The translations under genes were made by a program, and so were the position numbers. The notes under the pieces are model-generated. The model was not told the DNA's origin and searched no databases. It was given only the letters and a program-made list of their open reading frames with translations. From Hydrolagus affinis (taxonomy: Eukaryota), in NCBI GenBank assembly GCA_012026655.1, contig JAAILG010000416.1, positions 1 through 64,000 on the forward strand: a stretch of DNA of 64,000 bases, read 5' to 3'. Positions 25,031-37,670 of the stretch are shown piece by piece; position 1 is the stretch's first letter; every line of letters starts with the position of its first letter.

Positions 25031-25048
25031 CGTGAATCGCAATGCTAT

Positions 25049-25087
25049 GTCTCTCTCTATCTCCCCCCCCCTCTCTCTCTCTCTCTC
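25049..25087. repeat. (CT)n / poly-C microsatellite
   Basis: Read directly. Confidence 0.85.
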
Positions 25088-25549
25088 GTTATCCGAATGC
25101 TGGGTCACTAAATCACTTGGCAAAAATAGCAATTAGTAGCCTTTACGCGGGGAGACTGTGATCGTGCAGCGTCTTAAGCTAAACTGTGCTAGGTTGCATC
25201 TAAAAATAGGCAGAAGAGGTACCACAAGAAGTAAACGTGCCTCGAATTTTATCGGTCAGTTCATTTTAACAGGAAGAAAAATTTGGCACGGTTGTCATAG
25301 CAACATTTAATTATAAAATAGAGAGGAAAATACGATTTTCTGATATCTCAGTTAAAGAGATCAGTGCTCAACTGCCTTTGTAAAGTAAATCTTCTAAGCT
25401 AACAGGCATGTTTTTTCTTCCAGCTTAATGAGATCCTTAGCGAACCCAAGGATCTGGAGTTTATTGTCACTGGCTTATACGTATCGATTTATTATTCAAA
25501 TTATTGCCACCTTCAAGCAGTTTCAGTGTCTGGGGCCAACATTTCAGTG

Positions 25550-26100
25550 GGTGGTGATGTATCAGCCTGGCTCAGTTGGCAGCAATCACATCTCTGAGTC
25601 AGTCAGTTGCATGTCGGTACTTTGAACTCACCTGTTCCAGGCTGACACTCCAATGCAATACCGGGGTGGGGGGTGTCACTTTGTGTGTTGGCGTGATTCT
25701 GTCGGTAGCGCCCTTGCCGATGAGTCAGAAGGTTGTGGGTTCAACCACAAAAATTACATGAAAACTACATTTCTAGAGAGCCTTTCAGAGTCAGGAGGAC
25801 GTCCCAAGGCGCTGACCTGTAGTCTAGGCTTGTGTTTGAATGTAGTGTTGCCAGCATTCAGATGATGCCTGATTTTAATTTGTTGCTGCTTGGGGGACAT
25901 TGCTGTGCATAAATTGGCTCCTTCGTTCACCCCACAAAAGATGCAGTTTTTTTGCAGTAAATTCTGTGAAGTGATTTGGGACGTCCTCCTGACCCGAAAG
26001 GCTCTGTACCAAATACAATAATTAGTTTTATTATTATATCCTGTGAAGCGCTTTGAGGCATCCTCCTGGCATGAAAGACACTATTCCAAACGTAAGTGAA
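25550..26100 (+). mobile_element. Cluster of old SINE heads and tails
   Basis: tRNA-like heads (GGCTCAGTTGGCAGC...; TGAGTCAGAAGGTTGTGGGTTCAA), core TGCTGTGCATAAATTGGCT and L2-type tails. Confidence 0.6.
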
Positions 26101-26341
26101 ATCTTGGAACAAACTTTGAGATGTCCTCACATGTAGTAACCACAGTATGTAGTATGCAGTACAGTATATCGTCTTTGTTTTAACCTACATATAGAAAATG
26201 ACGCGGAGAGCAAATATAGAAATCATTTAAAATACTGAAATCTGAATAGTATTTTAATAAAAATCTCTTGCCTCATTTAGAGAAAATGGAAAAGTTGTTA
26301 TAAAATAGAGATCCAGAAACCATGAAAGTATCGTTATTCTG

Positions 26342-26357
26342 CCCTCAGGTGGCAGCA
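26342..26357 (+). promoter_or_regulatory. Candidate CTCF site
   Basis: CCCTCAGGTGGCAGCA; motif match only. Confidence 0.4.
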
Positions 26358-26520
26358 AGGTGGTATTCCAAGATCCCACATGTAGCTTTCTCGTCATTGA
26401 TACTAATGGGAGTTTTTAGCGAAGGGATTTGCTATGTACTGATTACCTTTGGCAATACAAGACAATCAGTACAGAACATTAAAGAAGAAAGTGGATGAGA
26501 CAAGAGTTTCATTTAGTCAT

Positions 26521-26880
26521 AGCAACAACAACTTGCGCCCTCCATGTAGGGTAGTGTCTCAGAGTGTTTAACAGTGACCGAGCCTGACTCCAAGTCAAAA
26601 AACAAAGTCAAAAAACGGTTTCAGTCATGACTTGAAAAGGGGAGAGGGGGGGTAAGGTGGAGGGATTTGAAGGAGAGTGTTTCAGAGTTCCAGGGCAATA
26701 ATTAACAAGAACAGCAAGAATGATAATCCTTGCATTTGATATAGCGCCTTTCACATCTGGGTCTCAAAGCACTTCACAGCATATTATTGTAAAGTGTAGT
26801 GACTGTGCATTTTGCAAGACAAACCACCAGCCAATTTGTCCACAATTGTGCCTCGGAAAAGAGCCATGATGAAGAGAGTG
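26521..26880 (-). mobile_element. L2 3' fragment plus diverged SINE 3' half
   Basis: (CAA)n CTTGCGCCCTCCATGTAGGGTAG...GGGATTTGAAGGAGAGTGTTTCAGAG; then ATAATCCTTGCATTTGATATAGCG. Confidence 0.65.
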
Positions 26881-27679
26881 ATTGATTTTTATCGGGAATG
26901 GGTGTTGTTGGCCAAGGCAACAACTCCACTATTTGATCAAAAGCTGAGCGCTTCTCTTGGTTTGGGGCCAGTTAACAGATGACTGACACATAGTCTTGCG
27001 TGACATAAAGTTAATGGAACACAAATATGTAACTGGATTTAAAATCATGTGGTTTTCTTCAGCTGACGTAAAAGATTATCATCTTTGGTTTCACCACTGG
27101 CTTTGCTCTGCCCGACTATGAAATTAGGTAGTAATTATCCAAACTACCTTATTTTGCCTCAAGTAATGGGGCAACATAATCAACCATAACACAAGTGTAA
27201 TGTAAGTCAGTGTCAAGGCTGACTCATAAATTCCAAAGCTTCAGAACTCAGCCTTTTAGGCAACAGGCTGAAGTTTCATCTTATGAAAACTACTTCCCCT
27301 TGGGTCGTGATACACACTCTTTTTCTCAGCATCTCAAGAGTGTCAGGCATTTGGCGTTTTCTCAAATACAGTGTCTACGCAAACGGTGTGTTCTTTACAG
27401 AACTATAAAATAGCTGCTTCAAAGTTAAGACGGAATTCAACAATTTGCCAAGTTCAGGCCCTCTGAGGTGTTACTTAAATAGAGTGAAATCTGGTCCTAA
27501 GTTTTTAACATGCTTTATTCATATGGCTTCCCCCAGTGAAGCAAAGTACACACCTGAAATTTAATTTTTAAGGGATTTTGTATTCAATATCTGTAAATTC
27601 TGTATCAAATGTGCAGATGAGAAGGAACAATGCGAGTCGGTACTGTTTTGACTGTGAGTTGCTTTAGTAAACAATAAAA

Positions 27680-28023
27680 GGAGTCCTGTAGCTCGGTGGT
27701 TAGAGCACTTGCCTTACAAGCATGAGTTTTACAAGCGTGAGACCTGTCTTTTGAATCCAGGCAGGTCAGGGCAAAACCTTAGGCAAGTTTCCTTACTCCA
27801 CACACACACATGCCTAATAATAATCCCTCAAAAAAACCGCAATATTAAAAAATTGGTCATTTCAATCCACGACTGTTTGTGGGACGCTGCTGTGCGCAAT
27901 TGGCTGCCGCGATTCGCCCACAAATATACAGTCAATTCACTTTACAATATATTCTGTGAAGCGCTTTGGGACGTTGATAAGATGTGAAAAGCGCTATATC
28001 AAATGCAAAGATTATTATTATTA
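27680..28023 (+). mobile_element. Full-length young tRNA-SINE with a short internal duplication
   Basis: GGAGTCCTGTAGCTCGGTGGTTAGAGC; TTACAAGCATGAG/TTACAAGCGTGAG duplicated; standard core and tail. Confidence 0.9.
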
Positions 28024-28544
28024 CTTCAATTGGCAAAACGTGACAAATGTTTTGGATGTGGACTGCATGACTTGCTAACGTGCTCTATTTTCAAACCAGA
28101 TAATGTCTGACACAAAGCCAGCACTGCCTGGGGCCAAAACACTACAGTCTTTCAAGGTAATAATCAAACTGATTTCGTTATATTTGAAGCCACTTGACTA
28201 GGATTCGATCGCACGCACATCAAGGCGTTGGTTGGTTTGATGAGTGATCATATTTTTTTAGAATATCCTCTTTCCTGAACCCTCCCAAAAAACATGAGCT
28301 TTTCTGAGAAATATCTGTCCATTGAATCTATCTAATTTTAATCGTTTTCTTTTCTCGGAGGAGTATTTTGCTCGGCTGACAAAATGTAACCATAGGGAGT
28401 GGAGAATTGAATAAAATTGTAATTATTAACCATTTTAAATGCTGCAGAAGTGTAACTTTAATCCTCAATATATTAAACAGAATTTAATTCCGTAATCCTT
28501 TCCAACAGACTGTAGAACAGTACGATTAAGGGCTTAGAAGTACA

Positions 28545-31500
28545 AAGACTGCAGACAAGTTTTTATTTGGAACACATCACAGTAAAATTTTAATAACTTT
28601 TTTAAAAAAAAATCAGTTTTGTAACTATAGATGCCTGCAGTAAAGTCTGATTTCATCGGTGCTAATGTAACAGACGGCCTCAACATTACCGAGAAAATTA
28701 GTTACAAAACCAAACATTCCATTTTCCTGTAAAGAATTAATAATTCATTAAAACCACAGCCTTAGGCGGACGAATACTTGTAGCAATATTAGTTTACTTA
28801 CACAACTGAGTCTGACGCAAAAAATTATCTTTTTAAAATCCTTTTATGTCCACAAGAAACGTTAGAAACGACAAATATTTACAGCAGGCTATATAAGATT
28901 TAAAATCAAACCATTTAATATAGTGCAGCCCCCTCAATAAGTCATTTAAAAGGGATGTGGTAATTAGCTCAAATGACTGCGATTAGTGCATGTACCCTAA
29001 CTAAAGACAGAGCAAAGCTATTCAGTCCTTTACAATCTGGAGTGAACAGACAAGCAGTGTCTCCACATCATCTGCTCAGCTATATTTTCCCTTGTATGAA
29101 CTGTCTCGAATTATCTCGAAAAGGACCCAAGGTTTCATTTGGCTTTTAATCCCCTTTCTTTTGTTTTTTTACTTGCATTTGATCAATTCGCTTTCATTTA
29201 ATGTCCGAGCAATTTGTATCTAAAAAATAACAAGATTCTGAAGTGAGCAAGCTGCGGGATGTGCAAAATGAACCTTTTCTAAAATTAATATTTTTTTTAA
29301 AAAAACTCTTAATTGTGCAAATCCACTTCGAAAAGTTCAATTGTTCTTGTAAGTAAACTGTTTTTTTTTTAGAAGTTATTAATTGACCTATTCCATACCC
29401 AGACTCATCCAATCAGAATATTCCATGCTGTGTTTATATCACACTTGTGATATAAGTGTGATATAAACACAGCGTGGAATATTCACATATATCACACTGT
29501 GATATACACCAGGAGTTTGGTGTTAATTTGCCTCAAACAGTGTAGTGTAAGTTAGAACACAACCAAACCGATATACCCTGGAACATTTTTTCTCACCCTC
29601 TTGTGGAAGCAAATTCTCAAGCAATTTCACTGGGTCCATTGCAGTGTAAATATGCACTGGCATAAATTTCAACCTGGCTCTGTCCCTCTGTATTCCCTTG
29701 AAAGCTCTTGTTCATTTCAATAAATAGTCCCAAGAACATTAGAGCATGAAGGGAACACCTGCAGGGAACACCAATGTGAGGCTACATGACATGCGACAGG
29801 AAGTATGCCGAGTTGGGTGATATCTGCACACCATATCATGCGCTGCAAGGGAAGTGAATTTGTTTTGTGTGGGATAAACAGTGCATTTCAAGACTCTGTG
29901 CGATACACAGAGTGAGAAATCTTGACACGGATTGGATGTGTCGTGTGCAGTTTAAACATTGAGCGGTGAATGAATCAGATGGTGGTGGGCAGTCATACGA
30001 TAGTTATAGTTTGTAAAAAGTTTGATCAGGTGGTGGGAACAAAAAGACTTTGTGAGAACATCTCTGTAATTTGTTTGGCAGTTTTGAGACTCAGCTCCAG
30101 CCAGCCACGACTATTGATGTCAATGTTAGCGAATTGTAAGAGACCAATGTTTTATTTCTAAGATATCTAATGTTACTTCCAACAGCACCTTTGGTTTAGA
30201 AATTGCATTGATAATGCATTTGGTGCTATATTTGCTAAGCAGCCAAAAAAAACATTAATATTATCAATCTAAATGTTTTTTTATATATAATATACTTATT
30301 TTAGGCAAATCATATTGATTTTTTTAAAAGAAGTTTCTTTATAAATAATGTATTTGTCATACTATTTTTGTTTCCCCCCCTGTGGGGCATGAGAATAATT
30401 ATTTCAATCCAAATAATCTTTCTTTCACAAGTGAGGAAATGATGTGCTTTGACAATGAGCCTTATCTTCACTATTGTGTCGTTGTACAAAGAAAAGGTGT
30501 TCACTTCCAACACTGTGCATTAAAGAGCGCTTCTGTTATATTGGAATCAACCTATTTTCCGAAGAAGGCATTGTCAGTAGCTGGTTGAATTCTAAACTGA
30601 AAAGCAACTGAAAAGCAGATCCACGTACAGCATTATTTAGCAGCTTAAAAACAATTGCCTAAATCAATCGAATGACAGGAATTTTATTTTATGACTTGTT
30701 TTTTGGCGACTGTGTTTTAGTTGGATGTACATCCCTGGTAACCTGCCACTCCAGATTGTACCGACTTTACATTCTAAATCACTTGAATGAAATTTCCATA
30801 GATGGACATAAAGTAAATATTTACAAGTCGTGATCCTACCTATAATACAGAAGAAAAGACAGTTTTCTCTAGTTGTGTGAATCTTGAAGGTGACTAGAAA
30901 CAATGGTGGCTAACGCTGGACGGATCGAAGGCCCTGAGACAAAACAGAATCTTCAGAAGAACAAACAGAGTGACCAGGTTCGGGACAGGAGGGAGAGAAG
31001 GGAGGGAGGGGAGGGAGATTCTGTGTTCTCAATAACATTTATTGTCCTCTATTAAAGTGTTGTCTTTCCTGGCACTTAAAACACATACACACACACAGGA
31101 CTATGAGACACAGTCACGTTGCTCGTATTCCATAAGATCTTCATTGCCCCCGAAACTCTCCATTGGATTCTTCCCATCGTTCCATTGATTCTCGATTCTG
31201 AATTTTGGCCCAGTGTCTCCCGAACTTTGATCAATGTTATTCTTGTCATTCTTGCTTGAGTTCCTTACCCTCCCTCCCCACCCTCCCACCCCACCCACAC
31301 CAATCAGACCACTTAAATATATTTTTATTGGTTATTGGAATTTCTTGTGCTCCCATTGCTGAAGCAAAATACATGCTTTGCCCCTTCCACTAATACTGTA
31401 TCGTTAGTCATGTCCCAGATGTCAACAGAGTCCATTTCTAAAATTGGTGTGTTTTTTTTGTTAATGGACTGAGTAAAGCATTGTTCTGAGTTACAGCCAC

Positions 31501-31720
31501 TGGACCAGCAACCACCGTCATCACTTGACGTTTATTGATATCTATTAAAATTTCCCCAACAGTGCAAACATTCTATCTATATGAGCCCAATTGTTCATCC
31601 AGTCTTCAAGGCTTAACATTGAAATTTAGTTGATAACCGTATAGGTTTTCATCTCGTCTGTACAAAGGTTCAAGTTCTTGCCAGTTGATGCTCTCCGTGA
31701 GATCTGGGCTACCCAGGAGT
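28545..31720 (-). other. Probable SULF2 3'UTR (distal end inferred)
   Basis: Follows the stop codon. About 3.2 kb without the young SINE. Minus-strand AATAAA at 31043-31038 (proximal) and 28567-28562 (distal, followed by GU/U-rich sequence). Confidence 0.45.
29416..29484. repeat. Inverted repeat, 31-bp arms and 7-nt loop
   Basis: GAATATTCCATGCTGTGTTTATATCACACTT-GTGATAT-AAGTGTGATATAAACACAGCGTGGAATATTC; 30 of 31 positions are Watson-Crick pairs. Confidence 0.95.
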
Positions 31721-31751
31721 CTAGCCTTCCCATCCTTCCCACAGTTGTCCC
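31721..31751 (-). CDS. SULF2: SULF2 last coding exon with stop
   Basis: tttcag|G GGA CAA CTG TGG GAA GGA TGG GAA GGC TAG = GQLWEGWEG*, identical to the human SULF2 C-terminus. Confidence 0.95.
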
Positions 31752-33723
31752 CTGAAAGAACAAGCACAATGAGTAGATGTTTGCAACATACTGCTTCCGT
31801 TTGCTCATCTATCTAGGGTAGCCCTTCACCCTTTTATTATAGTGTTGTTGATGACTTTCAGAGATAAACTGCACCATGCTCGGGAAAACCATTTTCTGTT
31901 GGGCCAGAATACTATCGCAATCGCACTTTACCTAGAGAATCATCAATCCTCCCAACTGTACTTTAAGTGAACTGATAAACCAAAAGAACAGCATGTTGTG
32001 GAACAATGCATTTATGTTCTTGTAGAATCCGGGCTTCAAGATGTCTCAGTCTATTGTTTTAATGTAAATTTAATATGTGATCAGACTGCAAACCGAAATA
32101 TATTTTTCCTCTGAGCTGTGGCGTACCACTGTTAAATAGTCTGCTCAGAAGGAACCTGGAGGTTGTGTGATTTGATGCAAAGAGAACAGAAAGCTGCGGA
32201 TCCCAGAAAAATAAAGCCATTGCAAAATGCGGCAGAGCAAAAGGTTTCCCCGACACAAAAGTAAAATATACCAACCACAAAGAATAACTATCCCTGTTAA
32301 AATCCCTTTGCACTTCCGTGCTTAAAAACCAGTGAGCTTTAGTGAAGCTATTTCCCACGCACCCAACAAACAAATTTACTATTAAAACAAGATTTAAAAC
32401 ACCTCAAAAACATGTTTTCTTCCCCCAATAGTTAAACATAACCAGCAAAGTCAAAAGCAAACAGAACCCAGAACCAAATAAACAGCTTTAAACATATAAG
32501 ATATATATATATTTTTTTAAACTTTTAGTGAAGGATAAGAGAAAAAATTCCATGCAAAATCTAATAGAGCTTCAAAATCAATCCAAATTCACGCGTCTAT
32601 TCAATTGCATGCTTATCGTGGTAATTCCAATGATTAAAAGGGCAGAAATCGTTTATGTTTGAGTCCCCCAGATAGGAATTAGACTGTAGCGATCAATTAA
32701 TTTATTCCACTGAAAAACATGTAGAGAATTCTTCTGAGCAATGCTGTGATTAAGTGGATAAATGAAAGTATTAGCATTGTACGTTCATAAAGAGAAACAG
32801 TTATGACTGTGTGTTTTGTGACCTCACTGGTGATGAAGCCTTTAATTTCCCCTGAAATAAAATAGCATTACTCCCTGTTCCCTGACTGAAGCAGAAGTCA
32901 GCCTTACATTGATTCTGTGTAGTTTGCTACCAGAGTAGCACTTCAATATCATTGTGATATATATATTTTTTTACACTAAATGCGTTTCAGCCTTGTGATA
33001 GCTCATTCACACATCGGGAAAATAATCTTAATAAAATTACTCAGTAGGAATAAAGGTTAATTGTAAAGATATGAAATATATTTTGTCATGAAAAGTTTGT
33101 CTGTATGAAATAGAGCATTCATTGCATTTCATATTAATTTGGTAATGATACTTTTCTACAAACCTAATGCAACCCCTTGAGCTAAAAACTTATTTGGACT
33201 ATGTGACTGTTGAATGTAGAGGTTGGTGGCACTAAAGTGAAGAAAGTAGTACCAGATTTGGAAAAAAATATTTTGAAGTCACTATATCAGCTCCAGCAAA
33301 ATGCTGGCCATTAAATTATTCTATTGTGTTTTATCCACAATATTTTCCCCCCCAAGTTATGTGTGACCAACTGTTTCTCTGAAGTCTCTTTGAGAACACA
33401 TCTGTAGGCAAAGAAATCTCTGCAGGTTTTACCAACGTAGATGCAAAGTGGGAAAACAATCCTATACAAATGTACTTTTGTTGCTATCAGGCGAATGTTA
33501 AAAGTCAAGCAAGCAAGAAGGTAATTTACTTAATAATAATAATGATAATCGTTGCATTTGAAATAGCTCCTTATCACGTCATCAAGTTCATGTTTTGTGG
33601 GCGAAACGCAGCAGCCAATTACTATAATAATAATTATTATTATTATTTCTTTGCTGGTAGCAGAAGATAACTTTATTTGAAATAAAAAGACAAGCCTATT
33701 GAAGAACTCATCACACAACTCAC

Positions 33724-33777
33724 AGGGACTTGGAGTTTGGTCTCTTCGATTTAGGCCATTTCCGACGTTGATATTGC
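33724..33777 (-). CDS. SULF2: SULF2 exon 20 equivalent (54 nt)
   Basis: accag|G CAA...TCC CT|gtgagt; QYQRRKWPKSKRPNSKSL (human SULF2 QFQRRKWPEMKRPSSKSL; no counterpart in SULF1). Confidence 0.92.
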
Positions 33778-34941
33778 CTGGTTTTCGAGCAGCAAACACA
33801 AAAAAAAAGCTTAGCATCGCAAAGCAGTAACTCCTAACGGGAGCGTTAGTTGAATTGGTGATTTACACATACCTCCCGGTAGCACTATGGACTTGATCTA
33901 AGACATTAGCTCTTGCCAGACATTTTGGTAATGAGCAACAATAAACTAACTTAAACATGGCCTGCCTATGCACTGCCTGATGCTCCTTCTTACCTTGTCA
34001 GTGAGGAATCCCTCATTATAACACAGCACCAAGTATATGTGACACGTTTTGCACAGATGTATTGAATTAGGTTTCTTTGGTGGATTTTTATGCGTTAGCA
34101 GCAGTCTGTCGATGCCTCAAATTTAACATCTGAATGCATCAAATCCATCAGTACCCGTTGAGAGGAAAATTGGATTTAATGAGGATTAATGAGAACAGGG
34201 CAATTCGGTATAAATATGTCTCTGTTGGTGCTGATTAATTTAACTGGCAACGTGGAATTGAATTAAACTGTATGACTGTAGGGGGGGCATTTAATGTATG
34301 ACAATCAGAAGTCTTTTTCATCCAATACAGTCAGATAAAAAATCTTGTTCACTGATGAACTCTTTTCATCTGCCTCTTGATCTGTTTGGGGAAGCTTATT
34401 TTATGCTGTCCTCGATCGATCTCTGCTGCTCTCTGTCCATTTCCATCTCTCACGTGGCATAAATGTGCAGAATAATAAAGTAGGGACATGTTTGAGGCAT
34501 TGGGGCCTTGGCACTTTGGGAAGTCCTCCCAACGTGAAAGGCGCTCTACAAATATAATTTTTGGGTTGTTTGTTGGTGTTGTTGTTGCCATATGAGATAT
34601 GTCTCTCGTGTCATATGCATTTGTGTAAAGAGTTTGAGACCATGTTAATACTGTAGATTGCTTTTAGTTGCCTCAAAGTGCTGTGATCTCCATCTGAACG
34701 TACGAGGGAAAGGATTTTAGGCTGCAAAACTAAAGATGTAATTAGCGTAAACTATGTTCATTTAACCCCATTGTAAACCAATACAAATCTACCCAATATG
34801 GACAATAATGTATCTATGCTCCAGGCCAATGTAATAGAGGCTAGTGTTACCTTTTGATTAATAAGTAGCACAAATAAGACTTGGTGAAAAGTAAATTTCT
34901 AAAAAAAACACCAAAAAAAACTGTAATATAAGCAAAGGTAC

Positions 34942-34975
34942 CTGTATTGATCAAAGTTTTCCTCAGCTTTCTCGT
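34942..34975 (-). CDS. SULF2: SULF2 exon 19 equivalent (34-nt small exon)
   Basis: tttag|AC GAG...TAC AG|gtacct; DEKAEENFDQYR (human GLKDGGSYEQYR); phases 1-2 fit. Confidence 0.85.
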
Positions 34976-35406
34976 CTAAACAGGAAAAACATTAAGACGA
35001 ATTAACAGCGAACACCAATCTTACTTGAGCTTAACAAACACGAGTAAACAAAACAGAAAACCAGTAATTACAATTAAATTTAGATTTACTTGAGGTAGAT
35101 AGCGTAACGACCAAATGGCTGAATTTCTATTTAACAAGCAAGGAGTCATTCCAAAGCCTTATGCTTGACTTTTTCATTAAACAGTTTAACGTGGAATCAT
35201 CTATCACTGTAAATGTAATTTATGGCAGTTAATACTGTACTTCCAATCACTTGTTGAAAATTAAAATTAAAAGATAAGTGACCATTGTAAATACAAACAT
35301 AAAAAAATCACAATGTAAAGAAAAGCAATATCATATGTGGACCATATATACAATAGCAGAAATGCTGCTATTCTGGGAGGAACGGGTTGTCAGTGTCAGT
35401 GTGTAC

Positions 35407-35530
35407 CTGTGCCCATATACTTGGTCCGTGGGTTGCACTGTTTTGCGCCATTGCAGCTGCGTAACTCCATAAGTTGTACATGTAGCAGGTTCAACACATC
35501 TCGATCTAATGTGTTCACCACATTAATAAG
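35407..35530 (-). CDS. SULF2: SULF2 exon 18 equivalent (124 nt)
   Basis: tttag|CTT...ACA G|gtacac; [41 protein letters not shown]. Confidence 0.94.
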
Positions 35531-35972
35531 CTAAACACGGAAGAATGCAAAAACAGATTACAACGACCTTGACATCGATCATCAGTGAAATTCCACTCGC
35601 ATCCCACTCACACTCTGGGGTCCCTAAGCCTTGATTCCCGGCATCCTGCACTGAATACTTTCTGGAATTAGGTAAGAGCGTCCACTCCCTTCCAGTTCAA
35701 TGGTAAATTTCCATGCATGCGTAGGAATGTATACAGTATATGGAACTCTTTAAGTCAGGCGTGGCTATGTCTTAACTGTAATGATGTGTCAGACACACAG
35801 TTGATCAAGAAAAGTCCCAAGCATTTACGAAAAGGATACAAGTCCAGACTTGAAAAGAGGTAATACGTGAACTAATTTCATTTGTCTTTAAAAGCTTGTG
35901 TGGGCAGAGTTCTTATTCTAAGGAGAAAATCAACGATTGATATTACGATAGTGTTTGTCAATGTATGGTTAC

Positions 35973-36115
35973 CTGGTAAGGATCTGTGTTCATATCAAAA
36001 TACTCCAGAAAGCCTGTCGCAAATTCACAGAATAGGAAGTTGTGGGTGTCATTGAGGGTCCTTAAGCACCAATAGGTGTTGTTATTTGCACTGGTGCAGG
36101 CGCAGAAGGGGCCAA
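35973..36115 (-). CDS. SULF2: SULF2 exon 17 equivalent (143 nt)
   Basis: tgtag|TT GGC...CAG|gtaacc; [47 protein letters not shown]. Confidence 0.95.
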
Positions 36116-36703
36116 CTACACAAGGACACAAGTTAATAAAGAAAATAACGAGAGGTGAGTAGGGGAAAGGACATGACAATAAAAACACCCATCACATTTC
36201 CAAACCAAATAATCAAATCACCAGTTTCGAAGAGAAAGTATACTGACGTCAGTATTAGGCATGTATCGGAATGTCTAGAGATCGGATTTAAAAATATATA
36301 CGACATATAAAAACTTTGTAACAGCCGGTTTCGACCAATGCTGTAACTAAATGCCATTACACAAAATACAATTTCAATGGATGACAAATACTTCCTGCCA
36401 GCAATCACCAAAGATGTAATTAATACATGTGTTTAATGGAATTGTGAACACTAGCAGCACTTGACTATTCCCTCGCGCACAAAACCATTTATCTAGTACT
36501 GCAATAGAACTAATAACACCAACAGTACCATAAGAACAATCTGTATTTATATAGCGTCCTTCACCTGTGGTAGCATTGTGGAGTGCTTTACAGTGATGGA
36601 GTCTGACAATGAGCCAAAGGGAGAGGGAGTTCCAGAGTACACGTGTACCATTCATTAAACTATAACTAGGTTTTGAGGAATTTGCTGTTGCCTATTAATA
36701 AAA

Positions 36704-36868
36704 AAATAATAATCCTTGTATTTAATATAGTGCTTTTCATGTCTTCTAGATGTCACAAAACATTTCACAGAATACACAGTAAATTTATTTGACTGTATAT
36801 TTGTAGGTGAAACGCGGCAGCCAATTGCGCACAGCAGCGTCCCACAAACAGTCGTGGATTGAAATGAC
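36704..36868 (-). mobile_element. 5'-truncated young SINE starting about 16 nt from the SULF2 exon 16 donor
   Basis: ATAATAATCCTTGTATTTAATATAGTGC...CCCACAAACAGTCGTGGATTGAAATGAC on +. Confidence 0.88.
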
Positions 36869-36884
36869 GGATTTATTGCCTTAC

Positions 36885-37057
36885 ATTGCCAGTATGGTGG
36901 GGTCTGCCAATGCTGGTTGTCATGTGTGAAGCAGGTGAGACCGGGCATGCTGCATGTGTCATTGTTTCTCAACCTCTTCAGCATCTTCCGCAGTTTCTTC
37001 TTCTTGCGCTCCTCCTTAAAGATCCAGAGATTGTTGTTCTTGTCCTGGCCTCCTTTC
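36885..37057 (-). CDS. SULF2: SULF2 exon 16 equivalent (173 nt)
   Basis: ttcag|G AAA...CAA T|gtaagg; KGGQDKNNNLWIFKEERKKKKLRKMLKRLRNNDTCSMPGLTCFTHDNQHWQTPPYWQ. Confidence 0.94.
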
Positions 37058-37554
37058 CTGAAGGTGAGTAGAGCGGGCGAGAAAGAGTAAATCAAAGAGT
37101 GGAACCAAAGATCCCCTTTGCAACCCTTCCTATCTCTGTGATATTAAGTATTATGAGATGGGTGGACAACATTTATTAAATGGCTATTAGAATTTGCCAA
37201 ACTTTTCTTGAAACGTTACGTTAACTCACTGACAATATTTACAAAAGGTCTTGGAAATCTGTAGATCTTTCTTTGGGGGAAGAAATAATATTTGTTGCAC
37301 TGTAAATTAAGGGTGGTCCGAAAATTCTTGGCCTTTCTGAAGCTTAACGTAAAAGCAATTCATTGCTACCTCATGGCATTAGAATCATAGAATTGTACAG
37401 CACAAAACGAGGCCATTCGGCCCATCGTGTCTGTGCCAGCTCTTTGAAAAGAACTATTCAAAGTCAATACCACTCCCTGGCTCTCTGCCCATAACCCCTC
37501 AAACTTGTTCTCTCCAAATGATTAGATTATAACGGCACACCAACAATAACATAA

Positions 37555-37670
37555 TTTCAACCACAAAAGATGCAGTCAATTGACTTCAGAGTATACTCTG
37601 TGAAGCGCTTTGAAAAACTTCTTGAAGACATGATAAGGCGCTACACAAAATGCTAGGATTATTATTATTA
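37555..37670 (+). mobile_element. SINE 3' fragment
   Basis: CAGTCAATT...CTGTGAAGCGCTTTGA...GGATTATTATTATT. Confidence 0.8.

Noticed and set aside
24427-25132. Pro-rich and Gly/Arg-rich ORFs of 143-144 aa
   Set aside because: Low-complexity translations of an L2 3'UTR.
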